From Paraspadella gotoi (taxonomy: Eukaryota > Animalia > Chaetognatha), in contig CM119267.1 of the NCBI GenBank assembly GCA_051294375.1, positions 19,005,790-19,069,789 of the forward strand: a stretch of 64,000 nt of DNA. The letters are read 5' to 3'. The first letter of the stretch is position 1, and each line of letters begins with the position of its first letter. The notes under the pieces are model-generated. The model made no database searches and was not told the origin of the DNA. It worked only from the letters and a program-made list of their open reading frames with translations. The translations under genes and the position numbers were made by a program. This document shows positions 27,834-41,166 of this stretch, in pieces.

Positions 27834-28778
27834 GTGCTGGAGGCCCGAGCGACGGACGGCTCCCCGACGATCACCTACCAAGAGTTCGTCAACATCATGT
27901 CCAACAAACGCTCGCACTCCTTCAAGATCGCCGTCCAGAACCGCGACCAGAAACTGTGGAGTGAGCACGAGTTTCGCATCCGACGGAAGCCGTCGTCGTG
28001 CCTCCACGCCGTCGCCAAGCGGATCGCCAAGGAGTACCTCACCGACGAGCACGATCGAAAGTATTACGCGGACAAATACACTTGCGTTCCGCCGCCCGTC
28101 TTCATGTTGGTCGTGGCATGCCTGGAGATCGGCTTCTTCGCCTATCACGCAGCGCAGGCTCGTGGGGTCACGCCCACCGGCCCGTTGCCCAAAGACTCTC
28201 TCTTCGTCTACGATCCTCGAAAGCGGCTGCAGATCTGGCGCTTCGTCTTCTACACCCTCGTCCACGGCGGATGGGTCCACATGGTCTTCAACGTGGGCGT
28301 CCAGCTTCTCGTCGGCGTCCCGCTGGAGATGGTGCACGGGTCTTTGCGCATTGGGGCCGTCTTCCTGGCCGGAGTGTTGGCCGGCTCGCTCGGGACTTCC
28401 TGCTTCGATCCGGGGGCTTACCTCGTCGGAGCCTCGGGCGGAGTCTACGCTTTGCTAGCGGCGCACCTCGCCAACGTCCTCCTCAACTTTTCCGAGCAGC
28501 AGTTGTCGGTGGCGCGGTTGGCGTTCGTCTTCGTCCTCGCGTCGGCCGACGTCGGCTTCGCCATTTGGGATCGATACTCGGAGGAGGACGGACTTCCGCC
28601 CGTGGCCTACGTCGGGCATTTGACGGGCGCCGTGGCCGGACTAACCATCGGACTCGTCGTCCTTAAGAACTTCGAGCAGCGCCTGCACAAGCAGCCCGTC
28701 TGGTGGGTGGCGCTGGCGGTCTACTTGGCGTTAGTCGTCGCCGCCGTCTGTTGGAACGTCTTCTACGTCAAGATTTGA
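27834..28778 (+). CDS. rho: Rhomboid-family intramembrane serine protease, final exon (secretase type, similar to insect rhomboid/stet and RHBDL proteins)
   Basis: Acceptor CACCAG| at 27833. Motifs ITYQEFVNIMS (EF-hand helix), YYADKYTCVPPPVF, WR motif (IWRF), HGGWVHMVFN, catalytic GASGG serine and catalytic His in VGHLTGAVAG. Multiple hydrophobic helices. TGA at 28776-28778. Gene symbol is family-level only. Confidence 0.97.
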   Translation: MLEARATDGSPTITYQEFVNIMSNKRSHSFKIAVQNRDQKLWSEHEFRIRRKPSSCLHAVAKRIAKEYLTDEHDRKYYADKYTCVPPPVFMLVVACLEIGFFAYHAAQARGVTPTGPLPKDSLFVYDPRKRLQIWRFVFYTLVHGGWVHMVFNVGVQLLVGVPLEMVHGSLRIGAVFLAGVLAGSLGTSCFDPGAYLVGASGGVYALLAAHLANVLLNFSEQQLSVARLAFVFVLASADVGFAIWDRYSEEDGLPPVAYVGHLTGAVAGLTIGLVVLKNFEQRLHKQPVWWVALAVYLALVVAAVCWNVFYVKI

Positions 28779-29526
28779 TACGCGGCGCGAAGGGGGGGTG
28801 GGTGGGTGGGAGGGTTCGGGGTGATAGTGGGGATTTGGATTGATTGCATTAGAGGTCTCTAGTGATTTGTTGTTTTTTTTTGTTTTTTTGTTTGTTTTTT
28901 TAATTTTTTTTCACGAGTTCTGAAGCGCGGGAAATCGTTAGTTTATTTATTCGACATGCATTTTTGGACATAGGCTTTATGATTATCAATTTTTCTAATT
29001 TTTCTAGTAAGACAACGATTTTTTATTTAATTTTTAGAAATCTATATAACATCTTGTTTTTAACGTCTTAATTTCCATTTTTTTCCTCCGGTTTCCATCA
29101 TTAACGCCATCTTTGGTTCGATGGGAAAATTAAAAGGAAACATGGAGTAAATTAAAGTTTTTTTCTAACATTTTTTACACTAAAAAAAACCAAAAAATTG
29201 ATGGAAAAGTGATGTAAAAAATTCTCAACTATCTTTCGTTCGAAGATATTTTTGTTTTTATGAAAGATTTGGTTTTAAAAGAATTCCTTCCGCGTTTTCT
29301 TAACATCATTTTATTTTTCACCTGCGGTTTTCTTTATCTCCCTCGCCGAAATCCCAAAACGCTTTCAGAATCCGTTTCCATTCGCCAAATCTTTTGTTTG
29401 TCTTTGAAGAAGAAAAAAAATAGTTCCTCGCGGATTACTTTTTTTAAACGCTCGTACAAATCGTTCGCGCGCGTAAAATTAGAAAGAAAAAAAAACCTCG
29501 CTAGTCATCGTCGTTGTTCGAAGTCG

Positions 29527-29566
<40 letters not shown>

Positions 29567-29915
29567 TCGTTGTCGTCGTCGTCGACGTCGACTCATTTTT
29601 ATCGCTCCGTGACTTTTGTAAATTAGGAAGTGAAAATACGAGTGTTTTTTTCTTTAAGGAGAGTGGAGACGGCCTAGAAAAGCTAGTTTACAGTTTTAGT
29701 TTTTTAACATTTTGGAAAAAAAAACATTTAAAACTCGCGTCGCCGAGGGTGCGACGGCGCGCCGAAATTCGACGCCGCTTTTGGAGAGGCGCCCCGGCGC
29801 GGTTTCTCTGTTTTTCTTCGCCAGGGAATAGATAGGAAGGAAAGAGAAGGGAAAAAAAGGGGAGAAAAAACTGTTCAAAATTCATGGAACAGGGACGAGA
29901 GAGAGAGGAGAGAGA

Positions 29916-29947
<32 letters not shown>

Positions 29948-30008
29948 GAGAGAGAGAGAGAGTGAGAGAGAGAGAGAGAGAGGAGAGAGAAGAGAGAGAG
30001 GGAGAGAG

Positions 30009-30049
<41 letters not shown>

Positions 30050-30334
30050 CAGAGAAGACAGCGGGTCGGGCAAATAGAATTAAGAGAATGAGAAAGGGAA
30101 AAAAAAAAAAAGAAAAGAGAGAAAAAAAGAAATCCTTCATTCTTTTTCCCGGAGGAAAGTTTTCTCTTTCTTTTTTGAGGCAAGAGAGATTATTTTCTCT
30201 TTTCATTTTCTTTTTTTTTCTATTTCCTTTTTTTTTCGCTTTTTTTACTTTCACTTTACTTATCTTCCATCTTCCGCATTTTCTTTCTTTTTTTCCTGCT
30301 CCTTCGTCCATTTTCATAAAATTCAATTACTGTT

Positions 30335-30368
<34 letters not shown>

Positions 30369-32212
30369 NNNNNNNNNNNNNNNNNNNNNNNNNNNNNNNN
30401 NNNNNNNNNNNNNNNNNNNNNNNNNNNNNNNNNNNNNNNNNNNNNNNNNNNNNNNNNNNNNNNNNNNNNNNNNNNNNNNNNNNNNNNNNNNNNNNNNNNN
30501 NNNNNNNNNNNNNNNNNNNNNNNNNNNNNNNNNNNNNNNNNNNNNNNNNNNNNNNNNNNNNNNNNNNNNNNNNNNNNNNNNNNNNNNNNNNNNNNNNNNN
30601 NNNNNNNNNNNNNNNTCTCGTTCTCTCATGCATTTATGCCTCCTCGAATGGGAGAAGGAGAAAGATTTATCCTGCAGCAAATTTCGTTCCACAAATTGCT
30701 TTTCCAGTTTTAGATTTCAGAGTCAAGGGCGGGAAGAAAGGCCGTTGTCTCTCGACCCACTCATTACTTATGGGCGTTTAATATTTGTTGAACAAATTTT
30801 TAGTATCATTGTTCTTTTTTTTTGACTAATTTCTTTCAATATTCCTTTTTATTCAATAGCGACGAAAACCTAATAAAATATTTTCTGTTTTTTTTTGTTT
30901 TTTTTTTTTTGTGAAAAAAACTAGAGACTTTTTATTTGTTGATCGATCGGGGAATTATTTATATTTTGATTGTGTGTTGCTCTTTTACTTATTAATGTTT
31001 ATCTCTGTGTGTTTTTTTTATTTTGAAAAAAAAAGAAAACGAATACAAAATACTAGAAATGTTTTTTTGTGTTAGATTCGAGACAAAAAAGTGTTCCTTT
31101 TTTTTTAAAATGCGAAAGTAAGAATTATTTTCCAATTTGCGCAGAAATGTATCGATTATTTCAAAACATAGAAAAGCTCCTGTGCCGTTGACTGTTCCAT
31201 TCTATCGCTATAAACACAAAACAAAACACCATCTACTGTTTAAATTTTTAGTTCCTTAGATACAAACAAAAAAACCAAACAAAAAATTATAAAACATTCC
31301 AACCGAAACAACGACGACAACAACAAACAAGACGAATACAAAAACGAAAAAAACAAACAAACAGAATTCATTGAAAGAGAAAGAAATTGCGATTGAAAGT
31401 CGCCCGTCCCGCGTTTTTCCTCACCCTCTTCCCAGTACTTACCCGCTACCCCTTTTCTTAGCTTCTCCACTCTCTTCCCCCCACCTCGCCACCCAATTCT
31501 TTATGCNNNNNNNNNNNNNNNNNNNNNNNNNNNNNNNNNNNNNNNNNNNNNNNNNNNNNNNNNNNNNNNNNNNNNNNNNNNNNNNNNNNNNNNNNNNNNN
31601 NNNNNNNNNNNNNNNNNNNNNNNNNNNNNNNNNNNNNNNNNNNNNNNNNNNNNNNNNNNNNNNNNNNNNNNNNNNNNNNNNNNNNNNNNNNNGACATTTT
31701 TTTTGTTCGAAGGCATTCAAATGCGCGGGAATTCGTTGGACGGGCGGCTTTTAATCTTTCGCGTTTTACGTGCTGTGTTTTTAGAATGACTTTACGGAGA
31801 AAGTTGTCCATCCTTAATGTTTGTTGCTCTTCGCAATAAATGAAATTTGTTATCACTTTTGGCGCCAAGAATTATCTTCATTTTTTTTTTAGCGAAAGCG
31901 AAAGAAGGGAAGTTTTGATAACAGTTTTTGAGGTAGATAGTCTGTGTCGTTGATAGCAACGTTATAACAAAATTAGTAATATAGATGAAAGTTAAAAAAA
32001 CATTTGTACTTGGTAATTAGAATTACTTACGTTTAGAAGTTATAATTAGAATTGGAATTAGAATTAGAATTAAAAAATAAAATTAAAAATGAATTTAATT
32101 AAATGGTAAACTGTAAATACTAAATAGGATGTAAAATAACTCGATCTAGGTAGTAGGTACATCTATTTTTCTTTCATTCTGTCTTTCTTTATTTTTCTTT
32201 ATTGGATGTTGT

Positions 32213-32214
32213 TT

Positions 32215-32280
<66 letters not shown>
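32213..32280. repeat. (TTTC)n microsatellite
   Basis: Directly visible. Confidence 0.95.
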
Positions 32281-32282
<2 letters not shown>

Positions 32283-32506
32283 TTTTTCTATCTTTTTTTC
32301 TTTTGTTTTCCCCTTTGTTTTTTTCCTTTTTTCTAGATTGACTCTTCTGGTCAGTCGTCGATTTGTTACTGATATCCACCCCTCATTCGTATGTTCGTCT
32401 TCAAAGAGAACCGCGTGTACTCGGCATTTCCTTACGAGAGTTCGTGCAAAGAAATGTTTCAAATCGTCAAAGACGTGAAGAGGTCTTTTTCAAAGAGACA
32501 TTTGGA

Positions 32507-33502
32507 CTTTTCGACGCGAGACTCGCGAGCAACTCTCTAAGTCACTTTTCGTCGGCTATCATTCTCCGTTGGTCGACTCGTTCGATTGATATGTCTGTCT
32601 GTGGTGTCCACTACGTTTAAAATGCATAATTGCCTTAGTTTGGTTGCTCTTTGTACAAGAAAAAAAAGTCAATCTAAGGATGCAAGCGCCGCCTTCGGAA
32701 ATCCTAAAACTAAAAAGAAATAAATAATGGAATTTTGATGCAGTGCCCCCATAAAGTTATGGGATAAGGAAAGTTATTTAGTAATATAGTCATGTTATGT
32801 TACGTTATGTCATGCCATGTCATGTCATGTAATGAGAAATATACGATAAGTAGACATGAGTGAAGTTACATCTGAAATTATAAAGTAATCCAATTCAGAA
32901 AACATAACAATGAACATTAATTTTAAAAAATAATTTAGTGTTCTTTCAAATTTTTGCAGTAGCCTATATTTTATAAAGTATTTCTTATAAAATCGAAAAA
33001 TTTCAAAATAGGCTTTTCTAATTTTAAATTGCAGATTTAATTTTTCGTCAAAAAGTTGATAAAAGAAAATAGAAATCATTTTTAAAAATTCTCTCATTAA
33101 TTGGGTTAAAAATTTTTAAAAAACTATATTTAATATATAAATTTTAAATTTTAGCTTAAAATATAGATTTTTTTATATTTGATAAACAAATGAAAGAATT
33201 TGTAAAAAAGTTTATTTTTTTATAACTTTTCATGACGAACAAAATCTGCAAAAAAACTTACAAAAAACTATTGAATTTTTAACATTTATTGGAATTAGGT
33301 AGTTAGTATAAATATGGTCTACTGCGTAAAATTGTAAATTGATTTTTACAATTTTTTTTAAACAAATGGCTCCATTAAAAAAAGAACAATGTTTGTTCGT
33401 TTCCTCACTTTTAGAGTTCAATTAAAGTTAATTCTAAAAGTTTTTAATACGCTTTAGTATAAAGGCATCACTGCGGCGCAACACATTGGATTAACCGTTC
33501 TT
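32507..33502 (+). mobile_element. Redundant copy of HINE plus nested MITE (MITE 32851-33456)
   Basis: Collinear with 21441-22476 inside the 11-kb duplicate. Confidence 0.7.
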
Positions 33503-34000
33503 TTTTTTCACAAAGATTCGTTGTGACGATGTCGGAGTAACGTAACAACTTGTGACGACCGGAAAAAGGGGGGGCGTGTTTAACAAAGGCGAACGACGAT
33601 GAATGTCGGTTGTAGTGGCAACAGAGAGACGCTTCGCTGTGGCGCTTTAGTGAAAGTCAGTGACAAGTTACTTTACAATCGAGGTAATACAACAATTACT
33701 CGGAGCAGCGGATGACGAAAACGATTTGATGAATAAAAATCGTTACACCTTCTCGCGTAAGGAAGAGGGTAAGGATATTATGTTACGAATATAGCCAAAG
33801 TACCTATGCAATATCATATTGTAAAGCAAAAAATTGTGCCAGAAAAAAGTACATCCACAATATTGGGGAGGATATTAAAAGGTCAGACGACAATTGCATT
33901 TGAGGCAACAAAGTCGAAGGACAAGGACGGACGACGATGACGACGACGCTTTCAAGACGTCAATTAACCCCGACAACGACGGACAAAAACACGGAAAGCG

Positions 34001-34097
<97 letters not shown>

Positions 34098-34694
34098 GCC
34101 GAACAAAATCACCCGCAATCTCCTTTTTTTTTCTCCATCGGATTTTTTTTCTTACAGAGAATATTTGACGGAAGGGAAGGGAAAGGAGAGAGAAAAGAAA
34201 GGGGAGACGGATTGGTGATCCGGAAAAGAATGGAAGAATGATGGGTTATGAAAAAAAAAAGGTGGGTAAAAGGACCAAAGAATTAAAATCATGGTCGCTG
34301 AAGGATCACCTGTCAATATGGGAATCTTTAGTTCAAATTAATCAAATTTTCAATGATGTACTGTGAAACAGTTCACAGACCAGTCACAGGGACTGTTCTT
34401 TGACTTTGTTCCTAGATAATTTACAATAACAGACACTACACGTATACAACTCACAACCCAAACACATAAAAAAAAACCCATTAGTTTCTATTCGCATGTG
34501 CAGACTTCAACGATTTTCGGTTTTTCTTCCTTTTTTCCTTTTTCTTTCCTTTTTTTTCCCTTGTTTCTTATTTTCTTTCCTCCAAATTCACGCCGAATCA
34601 TAAACTATTCACCCGCGGTGGAGGCAAAGTAACCGACGAGCTTTTCCCTCTCTCCTTCTCTCTCCTCTCTCTACTCCTCATCTCTACTCCTCTC

Positions 34695-34734
<40 letters not shown>

Positions 34735-35078
34735 TCTCTCTCTCTTCTCTCTCAAAATAACGCAGAATTTGTCGTCCCTCTTCACTTTCTTCCGGTCGAC
34801 TTGCCGCGGCCGTCGTCATCGACATCGTCGTCGTCGTCATCGTCATCATTGACGCGTCTTCCGGTCGTTGACTTTATCACAGACGGCGATGTCATCGCTT
34901 CCCTTTTTTTGACGTCGTCTCCACTTCTTTCCTGTCACCGGCTGGTCGCTGTTGTAGTGTTGTTGTTTCCTTTATAGTGCTGTCGTTATTTTCTCGTCGC
35001 TCACGCGTATTGTTTATTCTCAAGTCTTCTTCATCTTCTCACCTAAATTCGTCTTTGTTGTCATTGTTGTCATCATCG

Positions 35079-35160
<82 letters not shown>

Positions 35161-36468
35161 AATCCCAAAACGATTATTTCCAAGGTCATTTTTTAACTCC
35201 ATTCCTCAAGAATTAATTCAACCATCAACTTAGTCTTCCCAATTTTCTCTTACTTTCCTACCTCGATCTTTCAGTTTCGTCTTCTTTATTCTCTCTCATT
35301 CGTTGTTGTCGGTTGTCGTCGTCATCCTCGCGTCTTCGTCATCAACCTCCCTCAACCCCGCGTCTTTTCCAGCGGCGGCGGCGGGAGGGCGACTGCGGCA
35401 ACTGCGGCGGTGACTGCGGCGACTTGACGTCCCGCGCCGAGAAACGGTCGCGCGCGTCGGGTCGACTAATCCGCGTCGGAGAGCGAAACCCATCCAGACG
35501 CACGGATTCCGGGGCGACGGTATGACGACGACGACACGACGACGCGAGAACGCGGCAGAAAACAAAGAAGAGACGATGAAATTTTAAAAACCGATGACGC
35601 GACGAAGATGACTCTAAAAACATTCAAATGCATACAAATGTTTTACCCTCGATGCTGGATAAAAAAGTGACATGGACGATCAAGACGGCGAAAAGACGTC
35701 ATTAATATACAGCGACAAGGACAACGTCGACGAAACGACAAAGATAACCACGACACAAATAAATAATGACATGCGATGACGACCGCGAGACGACGCCGAA
35801 CCACAGTATTGACAGCAAGATAGGACGACGACGACGACGCTTAGAGTCGGTCTCAATGCGCGTCAAGTGTGGGGAGGAAGTAGAGAGTGATCACAGTCGA
35901 GTGAGTCACAGTAGATTTGATCACAGTAGAGGTGAACACAGTAGAGGTTGATCACGTAGCTCTCGTTGTGAAGGTTCACCGACAGGTTGAGAAAATGATG
36001 GACTGAAGAGAAAGGACTTGAGAGAATGAGAAAAGTGAGATAATCTGTGTGAAATTTGGGAAAACAACAAAATTTTATGAGAAAATTTTTTTTTATCAGA
36101 GAATGGGAAAAAATGTTCAATAACCCTTAAAAAACAAGTTGAAACAAAATTGAAAAAAAAAGGATCAGAAAAAACATTTTTTAATAGAAAAACCCAAAAT
36201 ATTATAAATATGAAGCGGAATAATGATAGGAAAAATAGGACTGTGACTGAGTAAAGTGAATGTGACACTAGATGATAAAGATGATTACGAATATGATAAG
36301 GACTGTCATAGTGATGATGATGATGACAATACCGATAAAGAGATGGCGCCACCCCTGGAATAAAAAAAGAGACACGACGACGACGACGACGACGACAACG
36401 GAAGGACGAGACGAAAACAACGTGATCGTTTTGTAACCTTGGACCCGACAGACAAAGATGTCCGCCAA

Positions 36469-36507
<39 letters not shown>

Positions 36508-36697
36508 AGGAGAGAGAGAGAGAGAGAGGAGAAGAAGAGAGAGAAGAGAGGAACGAGAGAGAGAGTAGAGAAGAGAAAATGAGGAAAAAAGACTACCCCA
36601 CCACACCACTCCAGCAACAACAGAACCCAACCATCTACACAAAACCGGAGAGAAATTAGAGAGAAAAGAAGAACGATCGTCAACAAAACCCTTTTTA

Positions 36698-36966
36698 GTT
36701 TGTCGCCGCTCGAGTACTGCGCATCAATTTTATCACTTTTGGTCGGTCTGTCGAATCGATCCGTCGTCGGTCGGTATGTCTGTCCATCGTTCTGTCCCAC
36801 TTACGATTAAAAATGACCTATAATTAAGTATGCGTTGCACGATTGCTCACTGTGACGTCAGTAATGTTAGCGTCAGGTCTGTAAATGTCCATGTCACGTC
36901 CATGAGAAACTACTCGTGATAGACAGTCACTGGCGCGCGCAACACAATTGAAACTTTACCGTTCGT
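36698..36966 (+). mobile_element. Redundant copy of the HINE at 25865-26132
   Basis: Collinear within the 11-kb duplicate. Confidence 0.7.
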
Positions 36967-37024
36967 TTTTTTTTTCTTTTTTTTCTTTTCTCTTCATTTT
37001 CGTTTACCTCATTCTCCTTTCGAG

Positions 37025-39601
37025 GTTCCGGAACTCCTGGCCCTTTTCTCCCTCTCGCGGCGCCCACAGGACCCGGACCATCGCGCCCCGGTCCCGCGAT
37101 GGCCCCAAATCCAGCACCCCATCCCCATCAACCGCTGACGAACTCTCCATCAATCTTTCCTCTTAGCCACAACAACCCATATCCATCAAATCCTCCTCCC
37201 TCGCCATCCCCTCAGCTCCTCACATTTTCTCCCTACTCATACCACATCTGGCAACCCCTCACTCTCTTCATAACTCCATACCCACTGGGACCGCCGGTCA
37301 CCCCTTGGCTCACTCCAGCTGGGCAACCTCATGGGCCTCCACGTACCTGTACTCCAAAATCCCATCGTAACCCGATGCAGAATTTGTCGGAGGCGGTCTG
37401 TCGACGCCGCTTCTCGCCGGCGTCCTCAGTCATCCTCACCACTCCTTCCTTGACGAACCCCGATCAATCACCCCTCAACGCCAACAACCCCGTTCCTCCA
37501 CCACAACCCGGAGCTCCAACTCACCGGCCACAATCCCCTCGGCCACAATCCACCCCTCCATTTGCCCCATCCCCATCAAACCCCAGCCTCCACGGGCGGC
37601 GCCGCCTTCGTCCACGGTCCATCGCCCGTGGCATTCGACGCAGCCGACGATCGTGGAATCAAATGGGTTGTCAGCCGCGCCGCTCCCGCAACAACAGCCG
37701 TTGTCCAGCACCAACAGGCAGCTTTCGCAGCAACATTCTTCCGCCGCTTCAACCGGCAAACATCAACATCATCATCCGTCGCTTACGCCGCTACATCAGC
37801 AGCATCAACCGAACAACAACCTCCTCCGCCTCAGGAAGGCCGCGCGTCGACTCGAGCGGCGACGGGGGCGTCAGCAGCGGCGGCGGGGTTGCCACCGGAT
37901 CAGAAACTGGTGGTGCCGCCGGAACTCCGCGAGTTGACGAACCATTGGCGTCGACGATGACGCGTGGATCTCCTGGCGGCCGACGCGTGAAGCATCTCTT
38001 CGACGAGTACGACCCGACGGATTCGGGAAATCTCCGCGCGAGAACTTTGCTCTCATTCTTGAGGGAATCCAAGTTCCGGGAGGAAGTGGATCCGCACAAG
38101 TTGTGAGGTGGTCAGGGGGCAATGGGGGCAATGTGTCGGGTGAGCAGGAGGGGCAATGGGTGGCAATGGGTCGGTGGATCAGGAGAAAAAGGGTTGATGG
38201 GTTGAATGAACGAATGAACATTTGGGAACCCAAATTATTCCAAAACTTGTTTCCACAACTTTTTGATTTTTTTTAGATTCGTTGCGTTTAAAATACAAAA
38301 CGAAAATGACATAAAAATAAAAGAAACTAAAACAAAATTGCGCTATTGTCAAGTAAAACTGCATTTTCGTTTTTCGACTCCATAACTTTCTGAAAAGATC
38401 CTGGGGGTTTCTCATTTCAATGAGAACATTGTTTGAGCAGTGCTTAATCTCGACTTAATATTATTATTTTACTCAATTTTTTTTTCATTTCACAATTCAT
38501 GATATAAACCTTGTCATGTCTAGTAATACATTTCACCCCAATACTTTCCGCCTCAATTTTAATCTCCATCTCATTCAACTTACCCTTTACTCTACCATCA
38601 TCATTGTTATATTTTTGTTTTCTCTTTCCTTCATCGTTTCCTTACCTCTTCGTCCCCCCACCTTCTCACCAGGTGCTGGAGGCCCGAGCGACGGACGGCT
38701 CCCGACGATCACCTACCAAGAGTTCGTCAACATCACTGTCCAACAAACGTCGCACTCCTTCAAGATCGCCGTCCAGAACCGCGAACCAGAAAACTGTGGA
38801 GTGAGCACGAGTTTCGCCTCCGACGGAGCCGTCGTCGTGCCTCCACGCCGTCGCCTAAGCGGATCGCCAAGGATACCTCACCGACGAGCACGATCGAAAG
38901 ATTACGCGGACAATACACTTGCGTTCCGCCGCCCGTCTTCATGTTGGTCCGTGGCATGCCTGGAATCGGCTTCTTCGCCTATCACGCAGCGCAGGCTCGT
39001 GGGTCACGCCCACCGCCCGTTGCCCAAAGACTCTCTCTTTCGTCTACGATCCTCGAAAGCGCTGCAGATCTGCGCTTCGTCTTTACCACCCTCGTCCACG
39101 GCGGACTGGGTCCACATGGTCTTCAACTGGGCGTCCAGCTTCTCGTCGCGTCCCGCTGGAGATGGTGCACGGGTCTTTGCGCGCTTGGGCCCGTCTTCCT
39201 GGCCGGAGTGTTGGCCGGCTCGCTCAGGACTTCCTGCTTCGATCCGGGGGCTTACCTCGTCGGAGCCTCGGGCGGAGTCTACGCTGCTTAGCGGCGCACC
39301 TCGCCAACGTCTCCTCAACTTTGCCGAGCAGCAGTTTGTCGGTGGCGCGGTTGGCGTTCGTCTTCGTCCTCGCGTCGGCCGACGTCGGCTTCGCCATTTG
39401 GATCGGATACTCGGAGAGACGGACTTCCGCCCGTGGCCTTCGTCGGGCATTGACGGCGCACGTGGCCGGACTACCATCGGACTCGTCGTCCTTAAGAACT
39501 TCGAGCAGCGCTGACAAGCAGCCCGTCTGGTGGGTGGCGCTGGCGTCTACTTGGCGTTAGTCGTCGCCGCGTCTGTTGGAAGTCTTCTACGTCAAGATTG
39601 A
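37025..39601 (+). pseudogene. Frameshifted second copy of rhomboid exons 3 (37025-38107) and 4 (38673-39601); probably assembly redundancy rather than a true pseudogene
   Basis: Collinear with 26187-28778 and differs mainly by dense 1-nt indels. Fragments such as GFFAYHAAQARG, CFDPGAYLVGASGGVYA and LVVLKNFEQR appear in shifting frames. Confidence 0.85.
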
Positions 39602-40744
39602 TAGCCGGGCCGAAGGGGGGTGGGTGGTGGAGGGTCGGGGTGTATTGGATTTGGATTATTGGCATTTAGAGTCTCTAGTGATTTGTTGTGTTTGTTGTTT
39701 TTTTGTTTGTTTTTTTTTTTTTAATTTTTTCACGAGTTCTGAAGCGCGGGAAATCGTTAGTTATTTTATTTATTCGACATGTCATTTTGGACATAGGCTT
39801 TATGATTATCAATTTTTTCTAATTTTCTAGTATAAACAACGATTTTTTTTATTTTTAGAATCTATTAAATCTTGTTTTTAACGTCTTAATTCCCATTCTT
39901 TCCTCCGGTTCCACTCATTAACGCCATCTTTGGTTTCGATGGGAAAATTAAAAGGAAAATGGAGTAAATTAAAGTTTTTTTTCTAACATTTTTTACAGCT
40001 AAAAAAACCAAAATTTGATGGAAAAGAGATGTAAAAAATTCTCAACTATCTTCGTTCGAAGATATTTTTGTTTTTATGAAAGATTTGGTTTTAAAAGGAT
40101 TCCTTCCCGTTTTCTTAACATCATTTTTTTTTCACCTGCGTTTCTTTAGTCTCCCTCGCCGAAATCCCAAAACGCTTTCAGAATCCGTTTTCCATTCGCC
40201 AAATCTTTTTTTGTCTTGGAAGAGAAAAAAAAATAGTTCCTCGCGGATTACTTTTTTTTAAACGCTCGTACAAATCCGTTCGCGCGCGTAAAATTAGAAA
40301 GAAAAAAAAACCTCGCTAGTCATCGTCGTTGTTCGAAGGCGTCGCGCGTCGTCGTCGTCGTCGTCTCCGTCGTCGTCGTTCGTTGTCGTCGTCGTCGACG
40401 TCGACTCTTTTTATCGCCCGTGACTTTTTAAATTAGAAGAATGAAAACAAGTGTTTTTTTCTTAGGGAGAGTGGAGAACGGCCTAGAAAGCTAGTTTACA
40501 GTTTTTAGTTTTTTAACATTTTGGAAAAAAAAACATTTAAAACTCGCGTCGCCGAGGGTGCGACGGCGCGCCGAAATTCGACGCCTGCTTCTTTGGAGAG
40601 GCGCCCCGGCGGCGGTTTTTTCCTGTTTTTTACTTCCGCCAGGGAATAGTTAGGAAGGAAAGAGAAGGGAAAAAAGGGGAGAAAAAAACTGTTCAAAATT
40701 CATGGACAAGGGACGGAAGAGGAGGAGAGAGAGTAGAGACGAGA

Positions 40745-40806
<62 letters not shown>

Positions 40807-41135
40807 AGACAGCGGGTCGGGCAAATAGAATTAAGAGAATGAGAAAGGGAAAAAAAAAGAAAAGAGAGAAAAAAGAAATCCTTCATTTTTTTCCCGGAGA
40901 AAGTTTTCTCTTTCTTTTTTGAGGCCAAGAGAGATTATTTTCTCTTTTCATTTTCTTTTTTTTTTCTATTTCCTTTTTTTTTTTTCGTTTTTACTTTCAC
41001 TTTACTTACTTCCATCTTCCGCATTTTTTTCTTTTTTCTGCTCCTACGTCCATTTTCATAAAATTCAATTACTGTCGAACTCTCCCTTCTTTTCTTTCTT
41101 CTACTCTCTCTCTCTCTCTTCTCTCTCCGTCTCTC

Positions 41136-41166
<31 letters not shown>

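Noticed and set aside
29884-30825. ER/RE-rich and SL-rich ORFs here and across the window, and ORFs spanning X runs
   Set aside because: Translations of (AG)n tracts and N gaps.
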